Below are positions 8,240 through 18,511 of a DNA stretch of 64,000 nt, in pieces. The DNA comes from Candidatus Buchananbacteria bacterium. GTDB lineage: Bacteria > Patescibacteriota > Patescibacteriia > 2-01-FULL-39-33. How positions within the stretch are numbered: position 1 is the first letter of the stretch; the number at the start of each line of letters is the position of its first letter. Under the pieces are notes generated by a model. It was not told the DNA's origin and ran no database searches. It saw only the letters and a program-made list of their open reading frames with translations. The position numbers and the translations under genes were made by a program. The stretch lies in the NCBI GenBank assembly GCA_041666945.1, contig JBAYFY010000002.1:701-64700 (forward strand), read 5' to 3'.

Positions 8240-10981
8240 ATGTCATTTCTTACTAAAATATTCGGCGACCCCAATAAAAAAGTATTAACCGAATTCCAAC
8301 AGGCGATTGACGCCATTAACGCCTTAGAGTCGAAGATCTCGGCTTTATCCGATGAGGATTTGAAGGCCCAGACCGTCAAGCTTAAGGCCGAACTGGCCAA
8401 GGATAAGACCCTGGATGACATTTTGCCCGAGGCCTTTGCCACGATTCGCGAAGCGGCCAAACGTGTCATTGGCCAGAGGCATTTTGATGTCCAGCTGATG
8501 GGCGGTATCGCCCTGCATCAAGGCCATATCGCGGAAATGCGTACGGGTGAAGGCAAAACTTTGACCGCCACCGCGCCTATTTATTTGAACGCTTTGGCCG
8601 GTAAGGGCGTGCATTTGGTTACCGTCAACGATTATTTGGCTCGCATCCACGCCGATTGGATGGGGCAGATTTATGATTTTTTGGGACTTTCGGTCAGTTG
8701 CATCCAACAACAGAACATTTCTTATAAATTTGACAAGCAACACCAACATCAGGAAGGTGATATAGTTTTGGACGTGCAGAATTTGATTCCCTGCACTCGT
8801 CGCGAGGCCTATGCTTGCGATATTCTGTACGGCACCAATAATGAATTCGGCTTTGATTACTTGCGCGACAACATGGTAACGCGAGAAGAGGATATGGTTC
8901 AGCGCGATTTGTTTTATGCCATTGTGGACGAAGTTGACTCTATTTTGATTGATGAAGCCCGAACGCCGCTGATTATTTCCGCGCCGGACATGGAATCCAC
9001 GGACAAATATTATCAGTTCTCGCAAATCGTTAAAAAATTAACGGAAAAAGAGGATTACAATATTGATGAAAAACAGCGCGCCGCGACTTTAACTGAAGCG
9101 GGCATTGCCAAAGTGGAAAAAGCGCTGGGCGTAGAAAATATTTATACCGATCGCGGCATCGCTGATGTCCATCATATTGAGCAGGCCTTGAAAGCGCAGG
9201 CGCTGTTTAAGCGCGATAAGGATTACGTGGTTAAAGACGGAGAAATCATTATTATTGACGAATTCACCGGCCGCATGATGTTCGGCCGCCGCTATAGCGA
9301 AGGCCTGCATCAGGCCATTGAAGCCAAGGAAGGCGTCAAAGTTCAGAAAGAAAGCGTTACGCTGGCCACGATTTCCTTCCAGAATTATTTCCGTTTGTAT
9401 GCCAAGTTGTCCGGTATGACCGGCACAGCCGCCACCGAAGCCGAAGAATTCGCCAAGATTTACAAATTGGAAGTCACCACTATTCCGACTAACCGCCCCA
9501 TGATCAGGAAGGACTTAAATGATCGGATTTACAAAAACGAACAAGGCAAATACAATGCGCTTATTGAAGAAGTCAAAACTAGATACAAAAGCGGCCAACC
9601 GGTTTTAATCGGTACGGTTTCCATTGAGAAGAATGAACTGCTGTCCGAATTGTTTGATCGCGCCGGCATCCCGTGCCAGATTTTAAACGCCAAGCATCAT
9701 GAAAAAGAAGCGCACATCATCGCGCAAGCCGGACGAGTCGGCGCTGTAACTATCGCCACCAACATGGCCGGCCGCGGCGTGGATATTATTTTGGGCGGTT
9801 ATCCGTTTAATCAGGAAGAATATGAAAAGGTGGTTGCCGCCGGTGGCTTGTGCGTAATCGGCACGGAACGCCACGAATCCCGCCGCATTGATAACCAATT
9901 GCGTGGCCGCGCCGGACGCCAAGGCGATCCTGGTTCATCGTTGTTTTTTATTTCCATGGACGATGATTTGATGCGCATCTTCGGTTCGGAACGGATGAAG
10001 AAAATGATGACGACTTTGGGCGTACCGGATGATATGCCGATTGAAAACGGCATGATCAGCAAATCCATTGAACAGGCGCAGAAAAAAGTAGAGACGCATA
10101 ATTTTGACATCCGCAAGCATTTGGTGGAATACGACGATGTCATGAATAAGCAGCGCGAAACCATTTACCGCAAACGCCGGCAGATTTTGGCCGGCGAAGG
10201 AACCAAGGAATCGGCTCTTAGCGCCATTGAAAACGAAATTGACGCGGCCGTGATGCTGGCGACGCAAGATAACGACGAAAGCCAATGGAAACTGGAAGAA
10301 ATTTATGAGGCGGTTGGCTTGATTTTCCGCATTAAGCCGGAAACCCGCAAGACCTTGGAAGAATTAAGAAAAGAAGCGGGGGACAGCCAGGAAGATCAGA
10401 TGTCTCGCGAAATGATTTCCGGCTATCTGAAAAAATTGGCCGTGGAAGAATACAATGAGTTGGAAGCTAAAATTAACATGTTGCCGGTGGCGGAAGGCCA
10501 GTTGCCGGCCATGCGCCAAGTGGAACGCGGCATGTTTTTGCGCGTTATTGACACTTTGTGGATTGAGCACTTGGATACGATGCAATACTTGCGCACCGGC
10601 ATCGGTTTACGCGGCTATGGCCAGCGCGATCCGTTGGTGGAATACAAAAAAGAATCACTGCGCATGTTTAAGGACTTGATAGCGATGATTGATCATCAGC
10701 TGGCTTATAGCATTTATAAAATCGGTTTTGTGGCGCCGGAAGAAATGGACCAGGCAGGAAACAAACCGAAAAACATTCAGCTTAAAGGCGCCAGCGATCA
10801 GTCATCTTTGAAGTCACCCATGGAATCAGATTCCGGATTGGCCGAACGCCAGGCCGATAAAATCCTAAAAGACAGCGCGCATTATAACGGCGAGAAAGTC
10901 GGCCGGAACGACCTTTGTCCTTGCGGCGCAACTTATCCGGACGGCAAACCGAAGAAGTATAAGGATTGCCACGGAAAATAA
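8240..10981 (+). CDS. secA: Preprotein translocase ATPase SecA
   Basis: 913 aa. GEGKTLTATAP Walker A, FGFDYLRDNM motif, C-terminal SEC-C zinc motif CPCGATYPDGKPKKYKDCHG. Confidence 0.95.
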   Translation: MSFLTKIFGDPNKKVLTEFQQAIDAINALESKISALSDEDLKAQTVKLKAELAKDKTLDDILPEAFATIREAAKRVIGQRHFDVQLMGGIALHQGHIAEMRTGEGKTLTATAPIYLNALAGKGVHLVTVNDYLARIHADWMGQIYDFLGLSVSCIQQQNISYKFDKQHQHQEGDIVLDVQNLIPCTRREAYACDILYGTNNEFGFDYLRDNMVTREEDMVQRDLFYAIVDEVDSILIDEARTPLIISAPDMESTDKYYQFSQIVKKLTEKEDYNIDEKQRAATLTEAGIAKVEKALGVENIYTDRGIADVHHIEQALKAQALFKRDKDYVVKDGEIIIIDEFTGRMMFGRRYSEGLHQAIEAKEGVKVQKESVTLATISFQNYFRLYAKLSGMTGTAATEAEEFAKIYKLEVTTIPTNRPMIRKDLNDRIYKNEQGKYNALIEEVKTRYKSGQPVLIGTVSIEKNELLSELFDRAGIPCQILNAKHHEKEAHIIAQAGRVGAVTIATNMAGRGVDIILGGYPFNQEEYEKVVAAGGLCVIGTERHESRRIDNQLRGRAGRQGDPGSSLFFISMDDDLMRIFGSERMKKMMTTLGVPDDMPIENGMISKSIEQAQKKVETHNFDIRKHLVEYDDVMNKQRETIYRKRRQILAGEGTKESALSAIENEIDAAVMLATQDNDESQWKLEEIYEAVGLIFRIKPETRKTLEELRKEAGDSQEDQMSREMISGYLKKLAVEEYNELEAKINMLPVAEGQLPAMRQVERGMFLRVIDTLWIEHLDTMQYLRTGIGLRGYGQRDPLVEYKKESLRMFKDLIAMIDHQLAYSIYKIGFVAPEEMDQAGNKPKNIQLKGASDQSSLKSPMESDSGLAERQADKILKDSAHYNGEKVGRNDLCPCGATYPDGKPKKYKDCHGK

Positions 10982-10992
10982 GGGATAAAAAA

Positions 10993-11016
10993 ACCACAAC
11001 CATGGGTTGTGGGGTC
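10993..11016. terminator. Bidirectional hairpin between secA and the M23 peptidase gene
   Basis: ccacaacc-atgg-gttgtggg perfect stem with A-run and T-run flanks. Confidence 0.6.
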
Positions 11017-11419
11017 AGTTAAATTCTGCAGGAATATTATTGCCATTTTTATCGTAAAGGCCGAAATGGAGATGGGGGTATGTTGCGTATCCGGTATTGC
11101 CGCTTAACGCAATAATTTGTCCACGCTTGATTTTCTGTCCGATTCGTACTTTTAAGGATCGCCATTGCAGGTGAGTGTAACAACTCACACATCCGTCCGC
11201 GTGTAGGATTTCGATATAGTTTGCCTTATCTGTGTACTTCTTGTGTCGGTATGATTTTGAAAATCTGCTTTCTCTGTGAAGCACAACGCCATTAGCGATC
11301 GCCATCACCGGGGTCCCGATAGGAACTGCAAAATCTATGCAATGTTTCATGCTGGTGTGTGTTTGATGGAAAGGAGCTGAACGAATATCAACCGTATTAA
11401 CCGGCAGAGAATACCTCAT
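11015..11419 (-). CDS. M23 family (LytM-type) metallopeptidase domain protein
   Basis: HxxxD / HLH zinc motifs (HADGCVSCYTHL, GNTGYATYPHLHFG). Confidence 0.8.
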   Translation of the reverse strand: MRYSLPVNTVDIRSAPFHQTHTSMKHCIDFAVPIGTPVMAIANGVVLHRESRFSKSYRHKKYTDKANYIEILHADGCVSCYTHLQWRSLKVRIGQKIKRGQIIALSGNTGYATYPHLHFGLYDKNGNNIPAEFN

Positions 11420-11543
11420 TATTATTTCTCCTTAGGGTTAGTTTTTGTCTTAAATTCTATTTAGTTCTATCTTAAAGATAGTTGATTATTACGATTTAGT
11501 CAATAGTTTAAGGGGCGAATTCAATATTATTCAATCGCGGTTA

Positions 11544-12089
11544 TTGACATTGTTTAAGAATTTATTTAAGATGTCAGAATCAATAGAACTTTGGAAAAAC
11601 AATCACAAAAGGAGATACGCCATGATACTTGGGGATTTGAATAGCTTTCTTAATTTTAGGCCGATGTTTAACGTCGTGGGTTGTTATTTGGTGCGGCAAG
11701 GCCACATTTTGATGTTGAAAAGGCACCCCGATAAACCTCAAGGCGGATTGTGGTGCGTACCCGGCGGCAAAATAAAACATGCGGAAAGCATTTGGGAAGC
11801 GGCAACTCGCGAATTTAAAGAAGAAACCGGTTGTGATTTGCCGCAAGACCTGAACTGTCGGACTTTCTGCCCCTTACCCGAGGCCGTTCGTTATCCGGAT
11901 TATGATTTTCTTTATTTCATGTTTAAGGTGGAATTGCCCTCAAATTACGATTTGAGTCAAATCATCCTTAACCCGGCGGAGCATATTGAATATAGCTGGG
12001 TACCGCTTTTAGATGTTATGGGGCAACGGCAAGTTTTGCCGTTAGTGCCGGATGAAGAAGAGTGTTTGCGTCGGTTGTTTAAATGGTAA
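11544..12089 (+). CDS. NUDIX hydrolase
   Basis: NUDIX box GGKIKHAESIWEAATREFKEETG. The true start is possibly the ATG at 11619. Confidence 0.8.
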   Translation: MTLFKNLFKMSESIELWKNNHKRRYAMILGDLNSFLNFRPMFNVVGCYLVRQGHILMLKRHPDKPQGGLWCVPGGKIKHAESIWEAATREFKEETGCDLPQDLNCRTFCPLPEAVRYPDYDFLYFMFKVELPSNYDLSQIILNPAEHIEYSWVPLLDVMGQRQVLPLVPDEEECLRRLFKW

Positions 12090-12183
12090 CTCGGTTTTGA
12101 CATTTCTAGTCGCGATTTTCGCGACTTTTATTTTTGGCTGAAAAATGGTAATATTTGGTTATTAATTAGTAATTGACTAACAT

Positions 12184-13044
12184 ATGCCCGAATTGCCGGA
12201 AGTGCAAACCATCGTCGGCGAACTGAATGAAAAAATCAAATCCAAAACGATTAAAAACGTCCGAGTGTTTAAATACAAATCAGTCCGGCCGATGAACAAA
12301 AAGTTTGTTCAATCAGTCAAAAGACGGAAAATTTTAGGCGTGGTTCGCCGCGCCAAAATGATTATTATCAATCTTAGCGGCGGCAAGCATCTCTTAATCC
12401 ATCTTAAGATGACCGGGCAATTGGTGTTTCGCGATCGCCGCGGCAAAGGTTTGTCCGGCGGTCATCCCATCGCTTTCAAAGGCGAATTGCCGACCAAGTT
12501 TACCCGGGTGATGTTTGAGTTTACCGATAAAAGCCACTTGTTTTTTAATGATATCAGGCGTTTCGGCTGGATTAAATTCGCTGACAAAAAATTATACGAA
12601 AGCGAAATCGCCAAGTACGGCTTGGAACCGTTAAGCAAAGAGTTCACTTTGGCGGAATTCAAGAACAAACTCCGACGCTATCCCAATCGTAAAATTAAAC
12701 AATTACTGATGGATCAGACGCTGATTGCCGGCGTAGGCAATATTTATGCCGATGAAGCGTGTTTTGCGGCTCGGCTATTGCCGGCTCGGCCGGCCCTGAA
12801 GCTGAAGGAAAAAGAAATCAAGGATTTATTTAAAGCCATACCGCGCATTCTTAAATTGTCTATCAGCAAAAAAGGCACTTCCGCCGATACTTACGTGACG
12901 ACTTCCGGCGCAGAGGGCGGCATGATGAAGTTTTTGAAAGTTTACGGGCGGGCGGGGGAGAAATGCAAACGTTGCGGCGGAGTAGTGCATAAAATAAAAT
13001 TGGGCGGTCGCGGCACGCATTTCTGTCCCGGTTGCCAAAAATAA
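12184..13044 (+). CDS. mutM: Formamidopyrimidine-DNA glycosylase (Fpg/Nei family)
   Basis: N-terminal MPELPEV catalytic Pro2/Glu3. C-terminal zinc finger CKRCGG...CPGC. Confidence 0.9.
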   Translation: MPELPEVQTIVGELNEKIKSKTIKNVRVFKYKSVRPMNKKFVQSVKRRKILGVVRRAKMIIINLSGGKHLLIHLKMTGQLVFRDRRGKGLSGGHPIAFKGELPTKFTRVMFEFTDKSHLFFNDIRRFGWIKFADKKLYESEIAKYGLEPLSKEFTLAEFKNKLRRYPNRKIKQLLMDQTLIAGVGNIYADEACFAARLLPARPALKLKEKEIKDLFKAIPRILKLSISKKGTSADTYVTTSGAEGGMMKFLKVYGRAGEKCKRCGGVVHKIKLGGRGTHFCPGCQK

Positions 13045-13046
13045 AA

Positions 13047-13070
13047 CACATCCCGCAAGGATGTGTTAAG
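13047..13070. terminator. Hairpin after mutM
   Basis: acacatcc-cgca-aggatgtgt stem-loop. Confidence 0.5.
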
Positions 13071-13106
13071 GTGCGATAGGATTTATTACTAATGGGTCCT
13101 TTTATT

Positions 13107-13391
13107 TTAGGCGAATCTCCTTATGCCTTGTTTTTCATCTTCTTTCTTTCCACGCAATATTCTTTTCCAGTTTTTTCTGATTTTTTTGGCGCAGGATTTG
13201 CAAACGGCGAAGTGCTCGTCTTCTTTGGTGATGGACTTTTTGCAAAGGCGGCAAAAACAATATAGATGCACCGCCAGTCCGGCTTTATTTTTTTTGCTTA
13301 TCAGTTCGCAACAAGTATGGCAAAGACCCAATTCATGATCCATGATTACTTTAGTCATGCTGCAGAAACTGCATTCTCTTACCAAGGCCAT
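13107..13391 (-). CDS. Small Cys-rich zinc-ribbon protein
   Basis: 94 aa with several CxxC pairs (CSFC, CHTCC, CRLC, CKSC). Confidence 0.45.
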   Translation of the reverse strand: MALVRECSFCSMTKVIMDHELGLCHTCCELISKKNKAGLAVHLYCFCRLCKKSITKEDEHFAVCKSCAKKIRKNWKRILRGKKEDEKQGIRRFA

Positions 13392-13493
13392 GATTTGTCC
13401 TCCTTTACGTAGGTTTTAAATTTTAATGTCCCGATGATTTGCCTGTCTTATATTAGTATGGTATTTTAATAATGTCAAGCAGGCCCGGCAGAA

Positions 13494-13925
13494 TTAAACT
13501 GCGGCCAGAAGCGCGTAAAGAATCAACGCCAAGACGACGCCGAAAATTATGCCGACCGCTGCTTCCGGCAAAGTGTGGCCGATGCGTTCGCGTACCAAAA
13601 CCTCGGGGTTTTCCGGAAAAATTTCTTTGGTCAAGGTGTTGGTTAGAACGGCGTTCTTGCCGATTTCCCGCCTAAAACCTACGGCATCGCGCAAGACCAC
13701 GATCACCAAAACAAAAGATACGGCGAAAGCGGCGGAAGCCACGCCTTCACGAAGCGCGATTACCGTGGCCAGGGCGGCAACGAAGGCCATATGGGAAGAC
13801 GGCATACCGCCGTAATCGGAAAACATGTGGCGCCAATTGAGATTGTGATTGATGCCGTCAATGCTTAACTTGACGACTTGAGCGATGAGCACGGCCAGAA
13901 TGGGAATAATAATTAGCAAATACAT
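13494..13925 (-). CDS. DUF212-type divergent PAP2 (acid phosphatase / vanadium haloperoxidase-related) membrane protein
   Basis: YGGMPSSHMAFVAAL motif in a 4-TM 143 aa protein. Confidence 0.7.
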   Translation of the reverse strand: MYLLIIIPILAVLIAQVVKLSIDGINHNLNWRHMFSDYGGMPSSHMAFVAALATVIALREGVASAAFAVSFVLVIVVLRDAVGFRREIGKNAVLTNTLTKEIFPENPEVLVRERIGHTLPEAAVGIIFGVVLALILYALLAAV

Positions 13926-13939
13926 AAAATTATAATTAA

Positions 13940-14767
13940 TTGTTTATTATGAACTATATTTTGGCGATTATCGCCGGCTTAATCCAAGGCGTGGCAGAAT
14001 TCCTGCCCATTTCCAGTTCCGGCCATCTGGTTCTTCTGCATGACATCCTTAAATTCAATTTGCCGGACAATCTGACTTTTGACATTGTGCTTCACTTGGG
14101 GACATTTCTGTCGCTTTTGGTATTTTTTTGGCGCGATATCATCCACTTAGTTAAAGGATTTTTCTCCAGCTTGGTTAAAAGAAATCTTAGCGGCGATGCC
14201 GATCAGCGTTTGGCTTGGCTGATTATCATCGGCACGATTCCCGCCGCTTTGGCCGGTTATTTTTTCAATGATTTTATTGAACAAGCGTTCCATGAGGGCA
14301 AATTAGCCACTTTAGTCGTGGCCGTCATGCTGATTATCGTCGCTGTTTTATTCTGGCTGCTGGAAAAATACGCCCAACGCCTGCGGACAGCCGATTCGCT
14401 CAAATGGTGGGAGGCGCTGATTATCGGCGCGGCTCAAGCTATAGCGCTGATTCCCGGCACTTCCCGGTCCGGCATTACCATTTGCGCCGGCTTAATGCTC
14501 AAGCTGACGCGGGAACAAGCGGCCAAATTTTCTTTTTTGTTGTCCATGCCGGTAATTTTGGGCGCCGGAATCAAGTCATTGGGACAGATTGAATCCGTAA
14601 CCGCCGCGGACTGGCCGTTGTTGGTTATCGGTTTTATTACCGCCGCCCTTAGCGGTTATTTCGCCATTAAATTTTTATTAAAGTACTTGATAAATCATTC
14701 GCTTAGCGTTTTCGCCTGGTACCGGGTGGTTTTGGCTTGCTTGATTTTGCTTTGGCTGGCTTTTTAG
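13940..14767 (+). CDS. uppP: Undecaprenyl-diphosphate phosphatase
   Basis: AEFLPISSSGHL and PGTSRSG BacA motifs. Multi-TM. Confidence 0.9.
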   Translation: MFIMNYILAIIAGLIQGVAEFLPISSSGHLVLLHDILKFNLPDNLTFDIVLHLGTFLSLLVFFWRDIIHLVKGFFSSLVKRNLSGDADQRLAWLIIIGTIPAALAGYFFNDFIEQAFHEGKLATLVVAVMLIIVAVLFWLLEKYAQRLRTADSLKWWEALIIGAAQAIALIPGTSRSGITICAGLMLKLTREQAAKFSFLLSMPVILGAGIKSLGQIESVTAADWPLLVIGFITAALSGYFAIKFLLKYLINHSLSVFAWYRVVLACLILLWLAF

Positions 14768-15587
14768 CTTTAACCGCTTCGGTTTTAGTTTTTATCTTAA
14801 CTTTAATTTTGGTTTTATTTTTTATTGTTTTTATCTTCGGCGAGCGGGACTCGGTTGAAGATTTTTTGATAAATTTTTTGCTGCTCGGCTTAGCCGGCGC
14901 CGATCCTTGCAGAAAAACCAAAAGCACCAAGAGAGTAACAATAATAATCAGCCAGCCCAGCCATAAGCGGCATAAGCGCGCCGCCGCCAATATCCGTTCG
15001 CCGGACCAGGCGCGAGATGCGGGAAAATAATCGTCCACGCCGTAAGCCGCGGCCGCAGCCAGTTCAGTGGCGCCCAGCACGCGCGAGCCGAACAGTTGGA
15101 CGACAACCGCGGTAGGTCGGTTGTTGAATTCGCCTTGCAAACTGGCGACGCCGATCTCCTGGTATTCCGGGCGTTCCAAATTCTGGCGGTGGCCGTCGCT
15201 TTTCAGCCAGGCCTCAAACACTTCCTGGCTGTTATTGAAATCAATCGCCAGGTTTTCGCCGACATAGAAATATTTGTAGCCGACGTCTTTGACCCAATCG
15301 GAAAATTTTCTGCCGTCCGGCGAGACATGATTGAAATATTGCTTGGCCAGAATATCTCTGGCACGATCAATCGCCGCTTGAGTCAGGCGGGGATTGACGC
15401 TTAAGCTGTTGAGTCCCAGGCCTTGGCGATAAGTGTTGGTTAACTGGACGATTTCTTCGGTGGCCGCCGGGTTTTCTTCCGCTTGAACGGCTTGGCCCAG
15501 CCGCAAGATTGCGTCCGCGGCCAAATAACCGACGCCGATGATAATCGCCGCGCCCAATAGAATTAATTGTTTTTTGTTCGCCTTCAT
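14703..15587 (-). CDS. CAP/SCP/PR-1-like domain protein with N-terminal TM and a second TM plus Lys-rich tail
   Basis: YFNHVSPDG...VGENLA...WLKSDGHRQNL CAP-domain motifs. The 3' end overlaps the uppP 3' end on the opposite strand. Confidence 0.7.
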   Translation of the reverse strand: MKANKKQLILLGAAIIIGVGYLAADAILRLGQAVQAEENPAATEEIVQLTNTYRQGLGLNSLSVNPRLTQAAIDRARDILAKQYFNHVSPDGRKFSDWVKDVGYKYFYVGENLAIDFNNSQEVFEAWLKSDGHRQNLERPEYQEIGVASLQGEFNNRPTAVVVQLFGSRVLGATELAAAAAYGVDDYFPASRAWSGERILAAARLCRLWLGWLIIIVTLLVLLVFLQGSAPAKPSSKKFIKKSSTESRSPKIKTIKNKTKIKVKIKTKTEAVKAKKPAKAKSSKPKPPGTRRKR

Positions 15588-15677
15588 TAAAATAATTATA
15601 CCATAATTTGCGGCCCAAGACGAAAACCATGGACTAAATCCCTGGTTTTTGCTACAATATCAAATATTATTAATCCG

Positions 15678-16685
15678 TTGTTTATTATGTTTAAAAAAGT
15701 GATTTTGGTTTTTTTGATCGTTATAATTTTAATCGCTTCGTGGCTTTTTTATTCCCTTAACCGCCGGAATAATTTCACTCAAACCGTAACCGTCAATATT
15801 GAATCGGGGACCGTCGCCGGTAAAATTTCCCAGGCGCTCAAGAGCCGAGGGCTTATAACCAACGCTTTTATTTTTAACGCGTACGCCAAATTGACCGGAG
15901 CGGACAGCCGCTTGGTGGCCGGAACGCATCAAATTGAACCGCGCTCTTCCATCAAATCAATCGTTCGCCAATTAACCATTAACACTAATTTGGATCGGGA
16001 ACTTAGCATTACCATTATTGAGGGCTGGAAGATAAAAGATATTTCTGCTTACTTAGCGGAGAGGGGGATTGCAAACGAGCAATCGTTTGCCGACGCCATC
16101 AAGATTGACAATTGGCGCGACAAGTATCCTTTCCTGCAAGACAAGCGTATCAAGTCGCTGGAAGGGTTTTTGTTCCCCGATACTTATCGGATTTTTAATG
16201 ACGCTAAAGCCGAAGATGTTGTTAAAAAAATGCTGAACAATTTTGGCGCTAAGGTGACGGCGCAAATGCGTTTTGACGCGCCCAAGGACAACGCCAGTTT
16301 TTATGACGCCCTGATCTTGGCTTCCATCGTGGAACGCGAGGCGCTGTATGATGATGACCGCCGAGTCATCGCCGCAATTTTTCTCAACCGCCTGAAACAG
16401 GGGATCGGCTTGCAATCCGACGCCACTATCAATTATATCACCGGCAAAAAATCCACCCGGCCGACTTACGCCGATTTGCAAGCCGATAGCCCCTACAATA
16501 CTTACAAGTATCGCGGTTTGCCGCCTGGCCCGATTTGCAATCCCGGTTTGGCTTCCATTAATGCCGTGATTTATCCCCAGCCCAATAATTATTTTTATTT
16601 CCTGACGGATAGCGAGGGTCGCGCCCATTTTGCCAAAACTTACGCCGAACATCAGCAAAATATCATTAAGTATCTGGAGAATTAA
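15678..16685 (+). CDS. mltG: Endolytic murein transglycosylase MltG (YceG-like)
   Basis: N-terminal TM. YceG motifs GLQSDATINY and PGPICNPG. Confidence 0.85.
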   Translation: MFIMFKKVILVFLIVIILIASWLFYSLNRRNNFTQTVTVNIESGTVAGKISQALKSRGLITNAFIFNAYAKLTGADSRLVAGTHQIEPRSSIKSIVRQLTINTNLDRELSITIIEGWKIKDISAYLAERGIANEQSFADAIKIDNWRDKYPFLQDKRIKSLEGFLFPDTYRIFNDAKAEDVVKKMLNNFGAKVTAQMRFDAPKDNASFYDALILASIVEREALYDDDRRVIAAIFLNRLKQGIGLQSDATINYITGKKSTRPTYADLQADSPYNTYKYRGLPPGPICNPGLASINAVIYPQPNNYFYFLTDSEGRAHFAKTYAEHQQNIIKYLEN

Positions 16686-16895
16686 GTCAGAATTAGCTAA
16701 AACCGCCAAAAAGCAGATCTTGAGGTTAATCCTTGGGGTCTGTTTTTATCTATTGACAATTACCAGATTTTTTGATATAATTAAGGCATAAGAATCTATT
16801 ATAGTCAAATTTTAGCTAATTTTAGGTAAAAATAAACGATAAAATTTTGCTAAAATAAAGTAATTAATTAAAATTACCTCTATTGACAATAATCG

Positions 16896-18119
16896 GTGAT
16901 TAGTTTAACATTCAATATTAATTATCATATGTCCATCTTGGATCAAGTCAGAAAAAACAAATTTAAAGACGGTTTGTCCGCCTTTAATCCGGTCGATGTC
17001 ATTAACACCTTATTCAATAACCTGTCCGAAAAGGAACGGGACGTTGTTAGAAAGCGTTTTGGCTTAGGTATTGATAAAAAGCATACCCTGGAGGAAATCG
17101 GCCAGGTTTATGGCATTACCCGCGAGCGCGTCAGACAGATTGAAAACCTGTCCATCAAGAAGCTCAAGGATTTGCGCGATCTCAAAGATGAGATTCGCGA
17201 AGCCGAAGGCGTGGTTTCACAGCTTTTGGAGCAATACGGCGGCGTTATGGAAGAGGCCTTCTTCTTGGAAAACGTCCTCAACTATTTGAACGCCCATCCG
17301 GAAAGCGAGAATTCCTTGCTGTTTTTGGCCGAACATATTTTCTCTGACCGCATCAATAAAGTCAACCAAGACAAAGAATTTAATCACTTATGGCGCCTGG
17401 GTTCCGCCGATACCGACTTTTTAAAGCGCGTTATCAGCGAACTGGTCGGCATTATTGAAAAGAACGGCGAACCGGTCAGTTTGACTGAACTCTTAAGCCG
17501 CTTCAAAAATTCCAGCTTCTATAATGAAAACAAAGATCGGATTTTGTCTTTAACCACCATGTTAGAGGCCACCGATGAAGATATTGATAAGATTTTGGAA
17601 AGCTATTTGCGCGCTTCCCGAAAAATCCAACAGGACATCTTTGATAATTGGGGTTTGATTTCTTGGGGCATTGTTAAACCCAAAAAAATCAACGATAAGA
17701 TTTATTTGACTTTAAAGAAGGCCGGCCGCCCCATGCATTTTACCGAGATTGCTTCCGAAATCAACAAGAATGCTTTTGACGGCAAAATCGCTTATGCTCC
17801 GACCGTCCATAACGAATTAATCCTGGATCCGAAATACATTTTAGTCGGCCGCGGCATTTATGCCCTGTCCGAATGGGGCTATCGCCCGGGCAATGTGGCC
17901 GATGTCATTATTGACATCCTGAAAGAAGAAGGCCTTTTGACCAAGGATCAGATTATTGACAAGGTTTTGGAACGCCGCAATGTCAAGCGCTCCACCGTCT
18001 ATCTGGCTTTAATGAACCACGATAAGATCAAACGCAACGACAAAGGCAAATATTCCCTGGTTGACGAAAGCGTCGCCGCAGTCCAATCTGAAGAGATTCT
18101 GGAAAAGGCGGCTGAATAA
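16896..18119 (+). CDS. Sigma-70 region-4-like HTH protein with long C-terminal extension
   Basis: LEEIGQVYGITRERVRQIENLSIKKLK matches a sigma-70 region 4 HTH. No regions 2 or 3 are recognisable. The start may be the ATG at 16929. Confidence 0.7.
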   Translation: MISLTFNINYHMSILDQVRKNKFKDGLSAFNPVDVINTLFNNLSEKERDVVRKRFGLGIDKKHTLEEIGQVYGITRERVRQIENLSIKKLKDLRDLKDEIREAEGVVSQLLEQYGGVMEEAFFLENVLNYLNAHPESENSLLFLAEHIFSDRINKVNQDKEFNHLWRLGSADTDFLKRVISELVGIIEKNGEPVSLTELLSRFKNSSFYNENKDRILSLTTMLEATDEDIDKILESYLRASRKIQQDIFDNWGLISWGIVKPKKINDKIYLTLKKAGRPMHFTEIASEINKNAFDGKIAYAPTVHNELILDPKYILVGRGIYALSEWGYRPGNVADVIIDILKEEGLLTKDQIIDKVLERRNVKRSTVYLALMNHDKIKRNDKGKYSLVDESVAAVQSEEILEKAAE

Positions 18120-18212
18120 AAACCGTCATTCCCGCGCGCCTTGCCTGCCGGCAGGCAGGGGTGGGAATCCACTGAATAAAAACCGTCATTCCCGCGGAGG
18201 CGGGAATCCATG
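18112..18212. repeat. Two tandem copies of ctgaataaaaaccgtcattcccgcg, each with a hairpin (attcccgcg...gcgggaat)
   Basis: Direct repeat spans the stop codon of the upstream gene. The second unit is a clean 8-bp stem and likely a terminator. The first carries a nested palindrome gcctgccggcaggc. Confidence 0.6.
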
Positions 18213-18511
18213 ACATTAATAAATAATAAGGATTAACACTAATTAAAATTAAGGCGTGTGTTTCCCGATAAGTTTTAGTCCGCTTTCGCTTATTGCAAAT
18301 TTTCAAGAATGGCGGAACAAGGAAAATTTTCAAATTTTCTAACATAAATAAATACCTGCTTAGGGCGGGTATTTATTTTTTTTACTTTCCGGCATCGCCG
18401 GACAATAACTTGATTAAGAGTAAAATTGTTCCCAAGATAAATTTGGCGCCGCCGGCAAAATTATGTTATAATTAATACGTCTCCGATTGCGACAATCGGA
18501 CAAATAACGAC

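Noticed and set aside
8345-10585. Several 70-230-aa ORFs on the minus strand and in alternative frames inside secA
   Set aside because: They are entirely contained in the strongly supported secA reading frame and are typical GC-rich antisense open frames.
13472-13815. Plus-strand ORFs of 67 and 88 aa overlapping the DUF212 gene
   Set aside because: Antisense to a membrane-protein gene with a convincing motif. Arg/Pro-rich translation.
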